A stretch of 64,000 nt of DNA. Origin: Leucoraja ocellata. Taxonomy: Eukaryota. Position 1 is the first letter of the stretch; every line of letters starts with the position of its first letter. Under the pieces are notes generated by a model. The model ran no database searches. It was not told the DNA's origin and worked only from the letters and a program-made list of their open reading frames with translations. Positions 24,780 to 38,321 of the stretch are shown piece after piece. Where the stretch lies: contig JAWMAR010000250.1 of assembly GCA_036785375.1 (NCBI GenBank), positions 2,232,001 to 2,296,000 of the forward strand, read 5' to 3'. Position numbers and translations under genes: made by a program.

Positions 24780-27700
24780 ATGATTATGATGGCCAAAAAA
24801 CAGGATGTTCGGATCCCAAATTACAACATCAGTGTCGTGGGATTATCCGGGACAGAAAAGGAGAAGGGCCAGTGTGGAGTCGGGAAATCCTGTTTCTGCA
24901 ATAGGTTTGTGCGCCCCAAAGCTGACGAATTTCACCTTGACCACACATCTGTCCTTAGCACCAGTGACTTTGGGGGCCGTGTTGTTAACAATGACCACTT
25001 CTTGTACTGGGGTGAGGTTGGTCGAACGGTCGAGGAAGGAGTGGAGTGTCGCATTCACGTGGTGGAACAAACCGAGTTCATCGATGATCAGACTTTTCAG
25101 CCTCACCGGAGCACTGCCCTGCAACCCTATATTAAACGCGCTGCAGCGACCAAATTGGCATCTGCTGAAAAGCTGATGTATATTTGCACTGACCAATTGG
25201 GTCTGGAACAAGACTTTGAACAGAAGCAGATGCCAGAGGGCAAGCTATTGATTGATGGTTTCCTTCTTTGCATAGATGTCAGCCGGGGCATGAATAGAAA
25301 TTTTGAGGACCAGCTTAAATTTATCACAAACTTGTATAACCAAATAATAAAAACAAAAAAACCCATTGTGGTGGTGCTGACAAAATGCGATGAAGGGGTG
25401 GAGAGGTACATACGCGAAGCTCACTCTTTTGCAATGACTAAAAAGAATCTCCAAGTGGTGGAGACATCAGCCCGATCGAACGTCAATGTGGAACTGGCCT
25501 TCACTACTTTAGTTCAGTTTATAGATAAAAGCCGTTCGAGGCCCAAAATAATTCCATATTATGAAGCATTGAAACAACAAAGTCAGCTCATAGCTAATGC
25601 AAAAGACAAGTATGAATATATCATCAGCCAGTGTGTCATCCACTATAATGAAAGTTGGGCGAACGCCGCAAGGAAAATGAATCCAAAATCTGAATTCCAG
25701 GAGTATGTGCATCTCGAAGGAACTCCGAAGGCCAGAAAGTTGTTCTTGCAGCATGTTTTGATGCTCAAGGAGAGGCACATTGACCACTTAAAGAACAAGT
25801 ACCTCAATAGACTTGTACTAGCTCTTGACGCCCTATTCCCCGATCTGAATGAGATTGAGAACTTGAACTGGTCCGTGGCACAGCAGAGGTTGAAAACCAA
25901 GCATGAATTTCCAGCTTGGTTCGTTGTCCTGAGTGAGACGCCATGGGATAAAACTGATCATATTGACAAGATCGATGACAACCGAATTCCATTTGACTTG
26001 CTGGCTGGGAGATGTGCAGAAGATCAATTCAAAAAGCATTTAGAAAAGCTGAAGAATGAAAGAAAAAGAGACGAGATGAGGAGGGCTTTTAAGGAAAATC
26101 TATCATCGTCACCCTTCATAACTCCTGGAAAACCTTGGGAAGAGGCTAGAAGTTTTGTTATGAATGAGGAATTCTATCAATGGCTCCAAGAGCAAGAATA
26201 TCAAGATATTTACAGTAGGCACCAACGTGAGATAATAGATAAAGCCAAGGATCAATTTCAAGAATTGCTTTTAGAGTATTCCGAGTTGTTTTATGAATTG
26301 GAGTTGGATGCAAAGCCGAGTAAGGAGAAAATGGGTCTTATCCAGGATGTTCTAGGAGAAGAGCAACGATTTAAGGCACTTCAGAAATTGCAAGCTGAAC
26401 GAGATGCTCTTGTGTTAAAACACATTCATTTTGTCTATCATCCAACAAAGGAGACCTGTCCAAACAGTCAGAATTGCATTGATAGCAAAGTTGAACAGTT
26501 GTTGGTTGCTAGATTTTATCGATCTTCAGACCGAAGTCATCTGAACTCTCATTTGGACTCTAATGCTGACAAACTCAATCTTGTACTACTTGGCAAGGAT
26601 GGGCTTGCACATGAACTGGCTAATGAAATTCGAGTGCTGTGTACCGATGATAAATACGTTCTTGAGGGGAAAATGTATGAGCTGTCACTACGACCAATAG
26701 AAGGCAATGTGAAACATCGGGTTAATTCTTTCCAGACCCCAACCTTTCAACCTCATGGTTGCCTTTGCTTGTACAACTCCAAAGAATCGCTGTACTACAT
26801 AAAGGAGAGCTTAGAGAAACTGAAAGAATCGACTTTAGATCGAAGGGACAATCATTTCGCCCAGCTGCCTCTAACTCTAGTTCTGGCTTACAAAAGGGAG
26901 AGTGGCGGAGAAACTCTACAGACGTTGAGAAACCATGGCCAACAACTTGCCAACAAATTGCAATGTCTGTTTGTTGATGTCACTTCTCACAGTGTGGGTT
27001 CTGGACGGAATTTCAGTGAACTGCAAATCAATCAGGCTTTGAAAGGCTTGTTGGATACCATGAAACGCAATTTGAATCTAGTAAGTTTATCCCCAAGCAT
27101 TAAAGACTTAACCGATGCAGATCTTCGAATAGTAATGTGTTTAATGTGTGGTGACATGTTTGGTGTGGATGAAGTTCTCCTCTCCATTATTCAGCCTCAT
27201 TTTTGTAGTTCATTGCAGCCTGGGAACAGCAATTCAGTCATGCTTGAACTGGCAATTGGAGCAATGCGTAAGCGCATAGAGCTCTCTATTCTCTCCTATC
27301 ATTCCTCTTTCAACATAAGGAAAAACCAGTTAGTCCATGGGTACATTATTTTTTACTTGGCAAGGCGCAAAGCTTCCCTAGCTATGCTCCGAGCTTTTCT
27401 GTCGGATGTGCAGGACATTATCCCTATTCAGTTGGTAGCGGTCAACGATGGAGCCGAAGTAACGGAGAGCGATGTGACACGAGACCAGCTTGAAGAAGGC
27501 CAGGAAATTGCTCAAGAGATCTGTGGCAAATTTGTTAAAATAGCTGGTGGGCAGTCGGTTCAGCATAACGTGGACATTTTTGCCCCGTTTTTCCGAGATG
27601 CAGCTGAAAAGAAAATCATTGTTGAAGCTTCGCACATGTATGATAATGCAGCTGAAGCATGCAGCAATACAGAAGATGTGTTTGGCTTTTCGCCTCGGCC

Positions 27701-28493
27701 CAGCTCGCCCCTCAACAATTCAAATTGCTTTGATTACGACGAGGATATTGAAGGTCCACCACCTTATGTTGCACTACGTGATGAAACTTCCGCCATTCCA
27801 GTGATTAAAGACTCTAAGCTCTCAATGGACCTTGAAGGGAACGAGAACTACTTGCTAAGCTGCAGTCTTGGTTCTTTTGAGAGGCTGACTAGCAAAGTAC
27901 CTCCTCCAGTAAAACCAAAGCCAATGGTACATTTCGACAAACTGATGAAGAAAATGGATTCCTCTGAGGGGAAAGAACCAGGTAGCAAAGAAATGCAGAG
28001 AAAGCCTTCAACTGTAAGCTGGGCGCCTTCTGATGATGGGTCCTTTACCTCCGATTATGCAGAGCCAATAGACACGTTGGTACGACCAAGAGGGGATGAG
28101 GAGAATATCTATTCAGTGCCACACGACAGTACCCAGGGCAAGATTATAACCATCCGGAATTCTATTTCAGCCAAGTCACAATCGAATGGAAGTGGTAATG
28201 GGTCTGATAGTGAGATGGATATCAGTTCCCTGGAGCGTCAGAGGAAACTTTCATCTGTCAGCAAACCATCATTGTACAGGGATCGGTCTAAAAAGTTAGG
28301 CAGGTTTGCAAGTTATCGCACAAGTTTCAGTGTTGGAAGTGATGATGAACTAGGCTCCTTGTCATCACAGAAGAAAGCAGAAGCTGATTCTCAATTGCCT
28401 AAGGGAGATAATACAACTAATACTTTTGAAACGGATGGGGATGAATCAAAGCGAGGGAAACTCCTACGTAGCTTGAGAAGGCCAACATCAAGG
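24780..28493 (+). CDS. ARHGAP35: ARHGAP35 / p190A RhoGAP, coding part of the giant first coding exon (1238 codons: N-terminal GTPase-fold domain, four FF domains, pG1/pG2 pseudoGTPase domains, RasGAP-binding tyrosines, start of polybasic region)
   Basis: ORF begins [37 protein letters not shown] and contains [47 protein letters not shown] and [19 protein letters not shown], all recognisable from vertebrate p190A. Similarity stops at ...[10 protein letters not shown], followed by the donor AGG|GTAAGA at 28493/28494 (phase 0). Alternative in-frame ATGs at 24786 and 24789. Confidence 0.97.
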
Positions 28494-28639
28494 GTAAGAT
28501 TTCTTCCTTTACTGAATTATTTCCAATAAGTTGTTTGCCAATGTATCTAGATTAGCCCTTTTGTGCTTAAGGCAGAGGGAGTGAATTGGATAAAGTTGTT
28601 ATCAGTTTTTTTTCTTTCTTTAATAATCAGAGCCAAATT

Positions 28640-30025
28640 ATTCCCAGGGTTGGATGAGATCTATTAGAGGATACTGCGGGAAGTAAGGGAGGAGATAGCT
28701 GGAGTTTTTTGTTAGCCACAGGAGAGATGCCGGAAGACTGCAGAATACCAAACGTTCCTTGAAGAATGGTAGTGAGTAATGAGTCGGAGGTTGCTGAACC
28801 TTAGCTCAATGGTAGGGAAATGAGTGAGGAAAATCCTAGGGAGGGATAGGATATATGTACAATTGGAAATTTAGAAGCTGATCAGGAATAGTCAGCATGG
28901 ATTTGTGTGGGGAAATGTTACAGAGAATGATTGATAGACTTGGTTTGTTTTCCCTAGAGCAAAGGAGGCTGAAAGAGGTACATCAAATTGTATACGATAT
29001 AGAATAGGATAGTTGGACGAAAAGTGTTAATGGTAGTGGTATCAAAAACAATTGGACGTGTGTTTAAGATGCACGGAAGAAGTTTTAAAGGAATTTGAAG
29101 AAAATACTGCTACATGGATGACTAATATGGGTAGTATTATAAATGGTGAAGATGGCTGCAGGCTTGTGATCAGTTGGGCACGTGGGTGGAGGAATGGTTA
29201 ATGGAGTTTAATGCGGATAAGTGCAAGGTGTTGCATTTTGGGGAGTCAAACCAGGCCAGGTTCTTCACAGTGAATGGGCATGTCGCAGAGCAGAGGGATT
29301 CTGGAGTACGGGTGCATGGTTCTTTGTCAGTGGTGTTAGAGTCACACATAGAATGAGTGGTCAAAGAGGCTTTCGCCACAAGATGTTAGTGAGGCTGCAT
29401 TTGGAGTATTGTGTTCAGTTTTGGCCATCTGTTAGAGGAAGGATGTTACTAAGCTGGGAAGAGTAAAGAAGAGATACGAGGATATTGCCGCAACTCAAGG
29501 GCCTGAGTTGTAGGGTGAGGTTAAGAAGGCTAGGACATTATCCTTGGAGTACAGGATGGTGAGGAGTGATGTTGTAAAGGAATCAAAGAATGAATGAATA
29601 ATTTTATTGGCCAAGTAATCACATACAAGGAATTTGCCTTGGTGCTCCACCCGCAAGTGACAACAGGACAACAAGTATATAAGATAATAATGAGGCTGAA
29701 TAGAGAGAGTGAATGCAGTCTTTTATCCAGAGTAGGGAAATCAAGAACCTGAGGACATAGGTCCAAGGTGAGAGTTGAAAGATTTGTTAGGAATCTGAGG
29801 GGCAACTTTTACACACGGAGGATGGTGGGTGTATGGACTAAGCTGCCAGAGGAGGTAGTTGAGGCAGGTACTATAATATTTAAAAGACATTTGGACAGGC
29901 ACATGGATAGGAAATGTTTAGAGGGATATGGCCAAACGTGCGGGTGGGACTTGTTGCAGATGGGGCATCATGATCAGTTGGGCCAAAGGGACTGTTTCCG
30001 TGCTGTATTCAACATGATTCTACAT
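28640..30025 (+). mobile_element. CR1-clade LINE relic (rearranged ORF2 RT / 3' end)
   Basis: Fragments WVEEWLMEFNADKCKVLHFG, LVRLHLEYCVQFW and NLRGNFYTRRMVGVWTKLPEEVVEAGTI..FKRHLDRHMD, then the CR1 3' end gggccaaagggactgtttccgtgctgta. A short minus-strand insert lies at ~29578-29670. Confidence 0.88.
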
Positions 30026-30735
30026 GGAATGGCTAATACCTGGAACACTGCCAGAGGAGGTGGTGGAATCTGATGCCATCACTGTTTAATACAATTTTAT
30101 ACAGCCACTCTGACAGGAAGGTATCAAATGTTGTTATTCTAATACAGGCAAGTAGGACTAGTGTAGATAGGTAAAAAGATTGGCTTGAACATGGTGGGAT
30201 GAAGAGCCTGAATCCGGTTATAACACTTTGGCCATGTACTCTTTCCTTTAATGTGGTTAGTTTTTTTTGTGATTTCATTATTGTTTTAAAATTCCGCCAC
30301 AGTTCTAAGTGCACTATTACGTTTAACTTTTCCTTGGTACGCTCCATTGAACCAGAAGAGATTCTCACATGTTTCATAAATAGCATTCCTCAAAACCGGT
30401 TCTGTATGTACCTGCAGAATTTCAAACTGCATAGTTCAACTCCGTCTCGCTGTTGGTAGAGTAATTTGAGCCGATTGCTTGAGTATCACTCTCGAAAAAT
30501 ATAAGGGAAGCAAGATGATCAACTTGTGCTGTTTCTCCTGCAATGTGTTGGTACAACAAGCTCACCACACTAACTTTCACATATCAGCAATATCCCAACA
30601 CTTCATATTGGCAATAATAAGTAAACCATGGACACTTAGCCACAGGAAGAAAAAAAAGTGGCTCGGGACTAAGTTCTGTCAAAGCAATTTAGTTTTCAAT
30701 GCCATTATAGCCTTGACATTGAAAACTATTCAGAC

Positions 30736-31023
30736 TTAAGAGATACAGTGCCGAAACGGGACTTCAGCCCACTGAGTCTGTACTAACCCATGATCACCCC
30801 GTACACTAGCATTGTCCTACACATTAGGGGCAATTTACAAATTTTACCAATGTAAATTAACCTACCAACTTGTACGTATTTTGAGTGGGAGGAAACCGGA
30901 GCCCCCGAAGAAAAGTCACAGGGAGAATGTATAAACTCCATTCAGACAACACCATTAGTCGGGATCAAACCCAGGTCTCTGGTGCTGTAATGGAGCATCT
31001 CTGCTGCTGCGCTTCTGTGCCGC
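30736..31023 (-). mobile_element. HE1-like V-SINE
   Basis: Same family, minus strand. Confidence 0.8.
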
Positions 31024-34000
31024 TGGTTAGAATGTTAGATGATTAAACAGTTCAAGGAATTTGCCTTTGTCCTGGTCTGGAACTTGCGAGCTCCAGTAAA
31101 AATGCAAACATATACGCTGTGATGGGTGACTCATGCTCTGTAGGGTTTTAAAGGATGGGTGACCTATAGAGATAATTGTTGTGATCTTCCATGGAATTGG
31201 CATAGTTACCCATGAAAGGCCCACTAACGGACACTCTCCCCATTAACTGAGACTAACGGAGAAACCGAAGGGCCTGTGTCCATGCTGTATCTATCTATCA
31301 ATCAATCCATCTCAATGTTTACCCTAGAACCATCTGTTTCAATAAGTTCACCTCATTTTTTTAGAATAGAGATTAAAATGTTCTCGCTGCCTCTGATAGA
31401 CTAACTCTTGTAATAAGAGAGTTGCCACAGGTGATCTGTTGCCTGCTTCCAGTGTGTAGAAACTTTGTCAGATGGTTTCTTACATATAGGGGCCATAATG
31501 ATGCATAGTACATCATTTGTGGCCTCACATCATTTGTTACCATCGTAACAATATCACCTTTTGTTTTCCTTCAAACTCCAATCCTCCTGTGAAATAAAGG
31601 CCAAATTGCTATTTGCCTTTGCTGCAATTGCCTGTCAACATTTTGTCATTTGTGCACAAAAATGTGCAGAATCCTTTGTGCTTTGCTCGCATTCAATCTT
31701 TCTCTATTTAAAATCTCTTTGGATTCTTTTTACCAAAGTGCACTTTCTCTCAATAGCCTGCATTTGCCAAATGTTTACCCACTCAATCAATAGCAGAGCC
31801 CTAATATCCTCAGTACATCTTTCCCATCCATTTTTGTATCATTTGTGAACTCTCCTCCTCATCCTCCCCCACCACCGCTTCCCTGGTCAGTAATATAACA
31901 TGAATTATTCAGGGTGCAGAATTAATCTTTGTATGACACCACTTCTATCCTTACAGCCTAATCATTCTTATTTGCAGATTTTGTTTTCCAAGCAATAACC
32001 AATATTTAATCAATGCTAACACATTTCCATAATACCATGTGCCCTTATGCATCAGCCTTTTGTGTTGCACTTTGTCAAATGCTTTCTAAAAATCCAAATA
32101 CACCGTATCTACGTTTCCCTCTGTCCACTCTGCTTGTTACATCCTCCAACAGGATTTTCTTTTCACAAAATTGGTTTGATTTTACTAAGTAACTAGCTAT
32201 TTCTTGACTCCATTTTGCCAACAGTAGATGTTTGGCTAATAAGTTTTTTTTTTTAACATTTGATGTGTATCACAAAATCCCTGCCACGGAGTTTTGAAAA
32301 CACTCAACCAATTGCTCCACTATCTATGTTTCTTTAAAACCCTTCCATTAAGGCCATTGGCACATGGCAACATGACAACCTGTAGGTATTTTAGTTTTTC
32401 TCATGTTGTTACCTTGGATAGATTGTAGTGATTGATTGTTACAAGTTTTTCAGTGTTTCAAGCTAGTTCATCTGATTGATTTTGGGAAGTTTGTTTAGTC
32501 CTCCACCATAAAGACCAATGCAAGATATTGAGTTAAATTATTTGTATTACCTTTTCCCCCTCAGTCGTGCTCTCTGGAAGTCCCTAGTTACCCTCTTTTA
32601 TATTTAGAAAAACCCTTGCTGGTATTTTGATAGTACATATGCCACTTTTTTTTTCTCATCAATTTTCTAGTTCCTTAAGTCTCTTGCTGGTGGCTCTCAT
32701 GAAATTCCCAGTGTTGTGGTCTAACACGACCCTGTGCCACATTATGTGTTCTAGTTGTTAATTAAATGTTTTTTCTTGATGGATGGATGGTTCATATTTC
32801 TCCTGGGACCCCCTTTTTTAATTGGGATACATTTCTGCTGAGTGTTATGAATTAGCTGTTTAAATTCTGCCTATGCTCATCTACTGACCTCTTTCCCCTC
32901 CCCCCCCCCCCCCCCCCCAGCCTAAAGTGGGCTGTTGGTATGTATCCTGGGTCTTTGGGCTCAAAAATGTTTTCAGAATTCTACCATATTGTAATCCCTA
33001 GGAACTTTTAATGCACATCTTTTTATTAATCCCACCTCCTTACACATGACCAAATATAAACTAGCCCATTTCTAGGTGGGTTCTGTAACATTGTACTATA
33101 AGAAGCAACCCCTGGCACAATCACACATTCTTTCATTGTACCCCCGACAGTTTGATTAATCCAATAAGTGAGCAGATAATTGCAGTTTTTCTCACCCACT
33201 GTTGGCATTTCCCCACTTGTATTGTCCTATTTAGAAGCAGCACTTGGGGGTCTATTGACTGCTCTTATCTCCTGCTTCTTTCCCCTGCTGTTTGTTATTT
33301 CTACAGAGAAAATATGTTAAGGCTCTGGTGTGGAGATCATTAGCATTCTATAAACCCTTTTGTTCTTTAACGATACTGTTTAAGGACAGTCTAATTCACA
33401 TAAGCAGAGGTTGAATTTAGTCAATGGAACCACGAGCAGCATTATATTTTGTGGTCTCCGAACAGCAGTCTCAGGAAGGGTTCTGACACAAAATGTTGCC
33501 TATCCATGTCCTCCAGCGATGCTGCTTGAACCGCTGAGTTAATCAAGCAGCATTAGAAAATGAGATCGTAAACATGAATTCTCAGGATCCAAATCTGGAG
33601 CCAAATTGGAGTTTAACTGAGCTAAACGTAATTTTAGAATACTGAGTGTCATCTTTAAAGTGTCAGATTAATTTCAGGATGAATTTTGGAGGTTTTGTTC
33701 ATTCTCTTTCTAATTGTCCATTAAGTTCGCCATGGTAGAATGTGTAACGGTTACCAAATTATTTTTTACTTTTACTCGTAATATCTGTTTCATGCCCGTG
33801 CAATATTACATTTTTCTGTGATACTATCTCATTCTTGACTGATGGTCCTTGAAAACCTTATAATAGTGTTTCATACGTTTATGGTGTCTCGGAAAGTTAT
33901 TATTTCAAATAATTTTCTTAAAAGGCCATGTGGTAGATTAGGCTAGGTCCAATATTTCCCATGAGATAACTGCATTTCCAAGTAATGCTGTGTGATTTTT

Positions 34001-34047
34001 AGAGATGATGTCATGGTTTGTGCTGAGCTGGACACTACTACCTGCAC

Positions 34048-34233
34048 TGTTTAAGAAGGAACTGCAGATGCTGGAAAATCGAAGGTAGACAAAAGTGCTG
34101 GAGAAACTCAGCGGGTGCAGCAGCATCTATGGAGTGAAGGAAATAGGCAATGTTTTGGCCTGAAACGTTGCCTATTTCCTTCGCTCCATAGATGCTGCTG
34201 CACCCGCTGAGTTTCTCCAGCACTTTTGTCTAC
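34048..34233. mobile_element. Palindromic PLE-derived element
   Basis: Two inverted ~75-bp arms joined at gcaatgttttggcctgaaacgttgc; one arm carries the aagaaggaactgcagatgctggaaaatcgaag tail. Confidence 0.85.
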
Positions 34234-34273
34234 TACAACCTGTCACATTCCGCATCGCCTGGCATTTAGCCAG

Positions 34274-34540
34274 TACACACATAATGCAGGAGTAACTCAG
34301 CGGGTCAGGCAGCATCTGGAGAGACAGAATGGGTGACGTTTCGGGTCGAGACCCTTCTTCAGAATGAAAAAGAGTCTCTACCCAAAATGTCACCCATTCC
34401 TTTCTTTCCATTCTTCAGACAGGAAGGATCTGGGACCCGAAACGTCATCCATTCCTTCTCTCCAGAGATGCTGCCTGACCCGCTGAGTTTCGTGCCTACC
34501 TTCGATTTAAACCAGCATCTGCAGTTCTTTCCTACACACT
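34274..34540. mobile_element. Compound palindromic PLE-derived element; intact minus-strand hammerhead core at 34335-34362
   Basis: Minus strand CTGAAGA-AGGGTCTCGACCC-GAAA-CGTC-accc, plus two decayed plus-strand cores; flanked by ttagccag repeats. Confidence 0.8.
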
Positions 34541-34654
34541 TAGCCAGGACAAGTCCCATGTGATTGGTCTTACTAGCTGAGCATGCCCTGGAGCGAACGC
34601 TACAGCCCTCTACGGCAGGTGGGCTTTGTCTGATGTAATGGGTCATGTGAAAGA

Positions 34655-34870
34655 AAGGCAGAAAATGCCGGAGTAACTCAGCGCGTCAGGCGAACAGGGA
34701 TAGGTGATGTTTCGGGTCGGGACCCTTCTTCAATTTAGTCTGAAGACTTTAATCTGAAGAAAGGTCCCATCCAAACATGTTACCTTTTCATGCTCTCCAG
34801 AGATGCTGCATGATCCTCTGAGTTGCTCCAGCATTTGGTGTCTTTGGTAAAGCGACATCCTTGTTATTAC
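34655..34870. mobile_element. Older palindromic PLE-derived element
   Basis: Inverted arms around cccttcttca...tctgaagaaaggtccc. Confidence 0.7.
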
Positions 34871-36061
34871 ATAATGGGTACTTAGAGCCAAAAAAAACCC
34901 TTCCAGAAACCTTCCTATCAAAACACTCATATTTTTTGTGTTTCTAAATATCCCCGATATTTAGAAATGTAACATTTTATTAATGTAAAATATATTAAAA
35001 TTAGAACAACAAAAACAACAAATATGTAACTTGCCTTTCTGCGTGCTCTCAACTGCAGGGCATATATCTGGCAGAGCAAGTCTGGCAGGGTCAGGACTTC
35101 CCCGTTCATGTGGGATTCCTGAAACATGCAGCCACTTGCATTAATATATGCTGACAAAATTCAGGAGAAAATCGAGGCTTATAATCTCCGAAGGTGTAGC
35201 ACTCTTTCAGCCGAGGCCCTATTTGCTTGTCATCTTTGGAGCTCGAATAAATTTATTTGCTATGAATGAAAAGGCATGATACCTGAGCGCCACCATTTTA
35301 TTGAAACCTTGTCATAAAACACAATTTCAATGGCAGTGACCCTCAACTTGCATGGAGTCAAACAATGAATTCTTCCAAGTTAGACACAAAGTGCTGGAGT
35401 AACTCAGCAGTTCAGGCAGTATCTCTGGAGAAAAAGGATGGGTGATCTTTTAGATTGGGACCTTTCTTCAGACTCCTTCCTTGCTATGAGCAATGAGAAA
35501 TTCCATGCCAATGTTTTTTTTTCAAATATAGCTAGCATAATCATTTAAATGTCTTGCAAATGTATCCAAGACTAATTAGGCTGTGACTGACATAGAAAAG
35601 AACTGGCATTGCATCTTTCGGCCTCTGCATTACAGATGATGAACAGCACATGATGCTGAAGCACTGCAACTAAGGTATGTTAATCTCTGAAACATCTGGA
35701 AGACATTAAGATTAGAATGAATATTGTTGTCATTCAATGAGATCAATACTGTATCGTGTATAATTGGAATTGTCCATTTGCAATGTGTGTTTTGAGCTTG
35801 TTTACCCTCATTTTGATTATGTTGTCAGTGCTGAGATATGCAAAGCAAAATGCAGTACTAGAGAAACTCACTGGGTCAGGCAGCATCTGTGGAGGGAATG
35901 AACTGACGATGCCTTGAGTTGGGACCCTTCAGAACCATATTTTGCTCAATATTCCAGCCTCTGCATTTGCTTCTCTCATGATCTTGTGGTCACAGATTTC
36001 TTATTAGATGGTGAAGGAGCAGGAGCATTTTCTTTTGGTATTCCTGGATAGTATAGCAAAA

Positions 36062-36156
36062 GTAGACACAAAATGCTGGAGTAACTCAGCGGGACAGGCA
36101 GCATCTCTGGAGATGGGATGGGTGATGTTTCGGGTCGAGACCCTTCCTCAGACTGA
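36062..36156 (-). mobile_element. Short PLE-derived repeat with near-intact hammerhead core
   Basis: Minus strand cagtCTGAGGA-AGGGTCTCGACCC-GAAA-CATC-accc. Confidence 0.8.
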
Positions 36157-36711
36157 GAGGCAAACGTCTCCATGTTCCATTCTGTGGAGCACTACACATT
36201 CACTTATGTACATTTCTGCTTAAGTCCTCTATTAAAGCTTGTTCCTGTTTTCCCATGTCATTTAAAAAAAGCAAATTGACTTGGAACTGGGGCAATGTAA
36301 CAGCTGCCAATTTAGTCTTTTTAAAAAACAAATTTTCAACAAATTCTAATAAAAGGCAGATAATTTTGCCATACAAATGCAGTGTGAAGAGTGTGTGTGT
36401 GTGTGTGGTTCTCTTGTCATATGCAAGTACAGGAGGTATGAACTGGCTGTGAAAAATTCATGAGTGCATCTGAGCTGGGCGATGGCCATTGATTAATACT
36501 GACTAATTGTATAATCTCATGAACTGACAGTTAATTGTATAATCTCACTAATATCTGGCAGTTTTCTCTTATTCCTCACTGTCTGCTTAAAATGTATTGT
36601 CTTCAACGCAGACATACGTCAGTTTAATTATAAATTTATTTGTTTATAATTTTTTTTAAAAGGCACAAAGTGCTGGAGTTAACTCGGCAAGTCAGGCAAC
36701 ATGTCTGAAGA

Positions 36712-36911
36712 NNNNNNNNNNNNNNNNNNNNNNNNNNNNNNNNNNNNNNNNNNNNNNNNNNNNNNNNNNNNNNNNNNNNNNNNNNNNNNNNNNNNNNNNN
36801 NNNNNNNNNNNNNNNNNNNNNNNNNNNNNNNNNNNNNNNNNNNNNNNNNNNNNNNNNNNNNNNNNNNNNNNNNNNNNNNNNNNNNNNNNNNNNNNNNNNN
36901 NNNNNNNNNNN
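36712..36911. other. Assembly gap (200 N)
   Basis: Run of N between a truncated PLE-derived repeat and a truncated SINE. Confidence 1.
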
Positions 36912-37023
36912 ATAATTTGTCCCCGGTATGTAGGATAATGTTAGTGTACAGGGATTGCTGGTCAGCACGGATTCGGTGGGCCAAACGGCCTATTTCCACG
37001 TTGTATCTCTAAACTAAACTAAC
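36912..37023 (+). mobile_element. HE1-like SINE 3' half adjoining the assembly gap
   Basis: gtaggataatgttagtgtacagg...gggccaaacggcctatttccacgttgtatctctaaactaaactaa. Confidence 0.75.
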
Positions 37024-38321
37024 CTCCACAACCCACCATGGTAGATTCCATAGAATACTGAGATTCCTGTACACCCCACTTGTAAAGGCCCCCTTTTTTA
37101 AGGCTCATGGAAAAGTGGAATCAACTCAACAATGTCTTTGTCATGTCTCCTTATTTTATATGTTTCAGTATGATCAACCTCGTTCTTCGAAACTTCAAAT
37201 GATACAGGTCAAATTTGTTTAAGCTGTTTTTGTGATGACAGTCCTGCCTCCAAGCTAGTATATCCCTTCTGCATAAGAGGAGTAAACTAGTACACAGTAC
37301 TTCAGGCACAATATCCTGTGTAATTGTAAACATTTAAAATAAAATCCAACACTTGTAGCATCTGCGTGCTAACTTTATTTCATGAACAATAATGCCCAGA
37401 TCTATTTATTACTCGTTTGCAGTTGCTTTTTATTTAAATGATGATCAGCCTTTTGATTCCTCACATTTCCCACTTTAAACTTAATTTGCCAGGTTTTTTG
37501 CCCACTCACTGATCTATATCCTGTTGTAGAGTCCATATGCCGTCCAAAATGATGGAATATTAGTGTATGTTTGTCGTTGAGACGCAATTTTTTACTGCGG
37601 AAAGGAAAAGGAATGGTATGTATAATAGCAAACATCTGTGCTTAGTGTAAAGTAACAATATTTTAGAAAAGATTTTCTCATTCAGCTGAAGTGACTTGTA
37701 GACTATTGTTGGCCCATTGGTGGAGTGTATTTTAATTTAATGCCAGCAGAGTGATATTGAATACAGAAGTAACCCATAAATCAAATCTTTTGATTTTTAT
37801 TTTATGCCTTGCACTGCAGAGACGTTTACTGTGTCTAATTACCCAGGAATACTTGTATTAAGAGAAGGGCAAGTGCAGAAAAATCTCTCTGTATAGAACG
37901 TAATTCATTAAACATGATATAAGCTGCTTATGTCAACTTAACCAAAACGTACTTGTTATCATTTATGACTGGACTAGTCATTACCATGTCCGAGACGTAT
38001 TAAAAAGCGAAAGAGTGTTGGGAAGAGCTTGGTCATGCTTATTTGAATGCCTATAAAATCTGCTTGTTCAGGGTGAACTATAGGTGGCCCTTTAATATCT
38101 GTGGAAGTCCAACACAGCAATGGTGTGATGGTCTGTTGCAATGTGGTGACTTGACTGAGTGATTCAACTGTAAGGAAATTGAGGGAAAAATCCCTCATTT
38201 GCAAATATTTCTGCAAACTTTCCATATTGTCCTTTGATCATGCCTGCATTAGGGAGTTATTTGACATTGAGTTGGGCTTCAGAAATCTTGTGTTGTCCAA
38301 CAGGATGAGTGATATTGCAGT

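Noticed and set aside
24780-28493. Assignment as ARHGAP5 (p190B)
   Set aside because: The N-terminus [16 protein letters not shown] and the [18 protein letters not shown] / GNGSDSEMD segments are p190A-type.
28494-28529. ORF-track extension [11 protein letters not shown] suggesting a single-exon 1249-aa gene
   Set aside because: Intron read-through past a canonical GTAAGA donor; homology resumes in frame at 43939.
36636-37012. ORFs spanning the N run
   Set aside because: Artefacts of the assembly gap.
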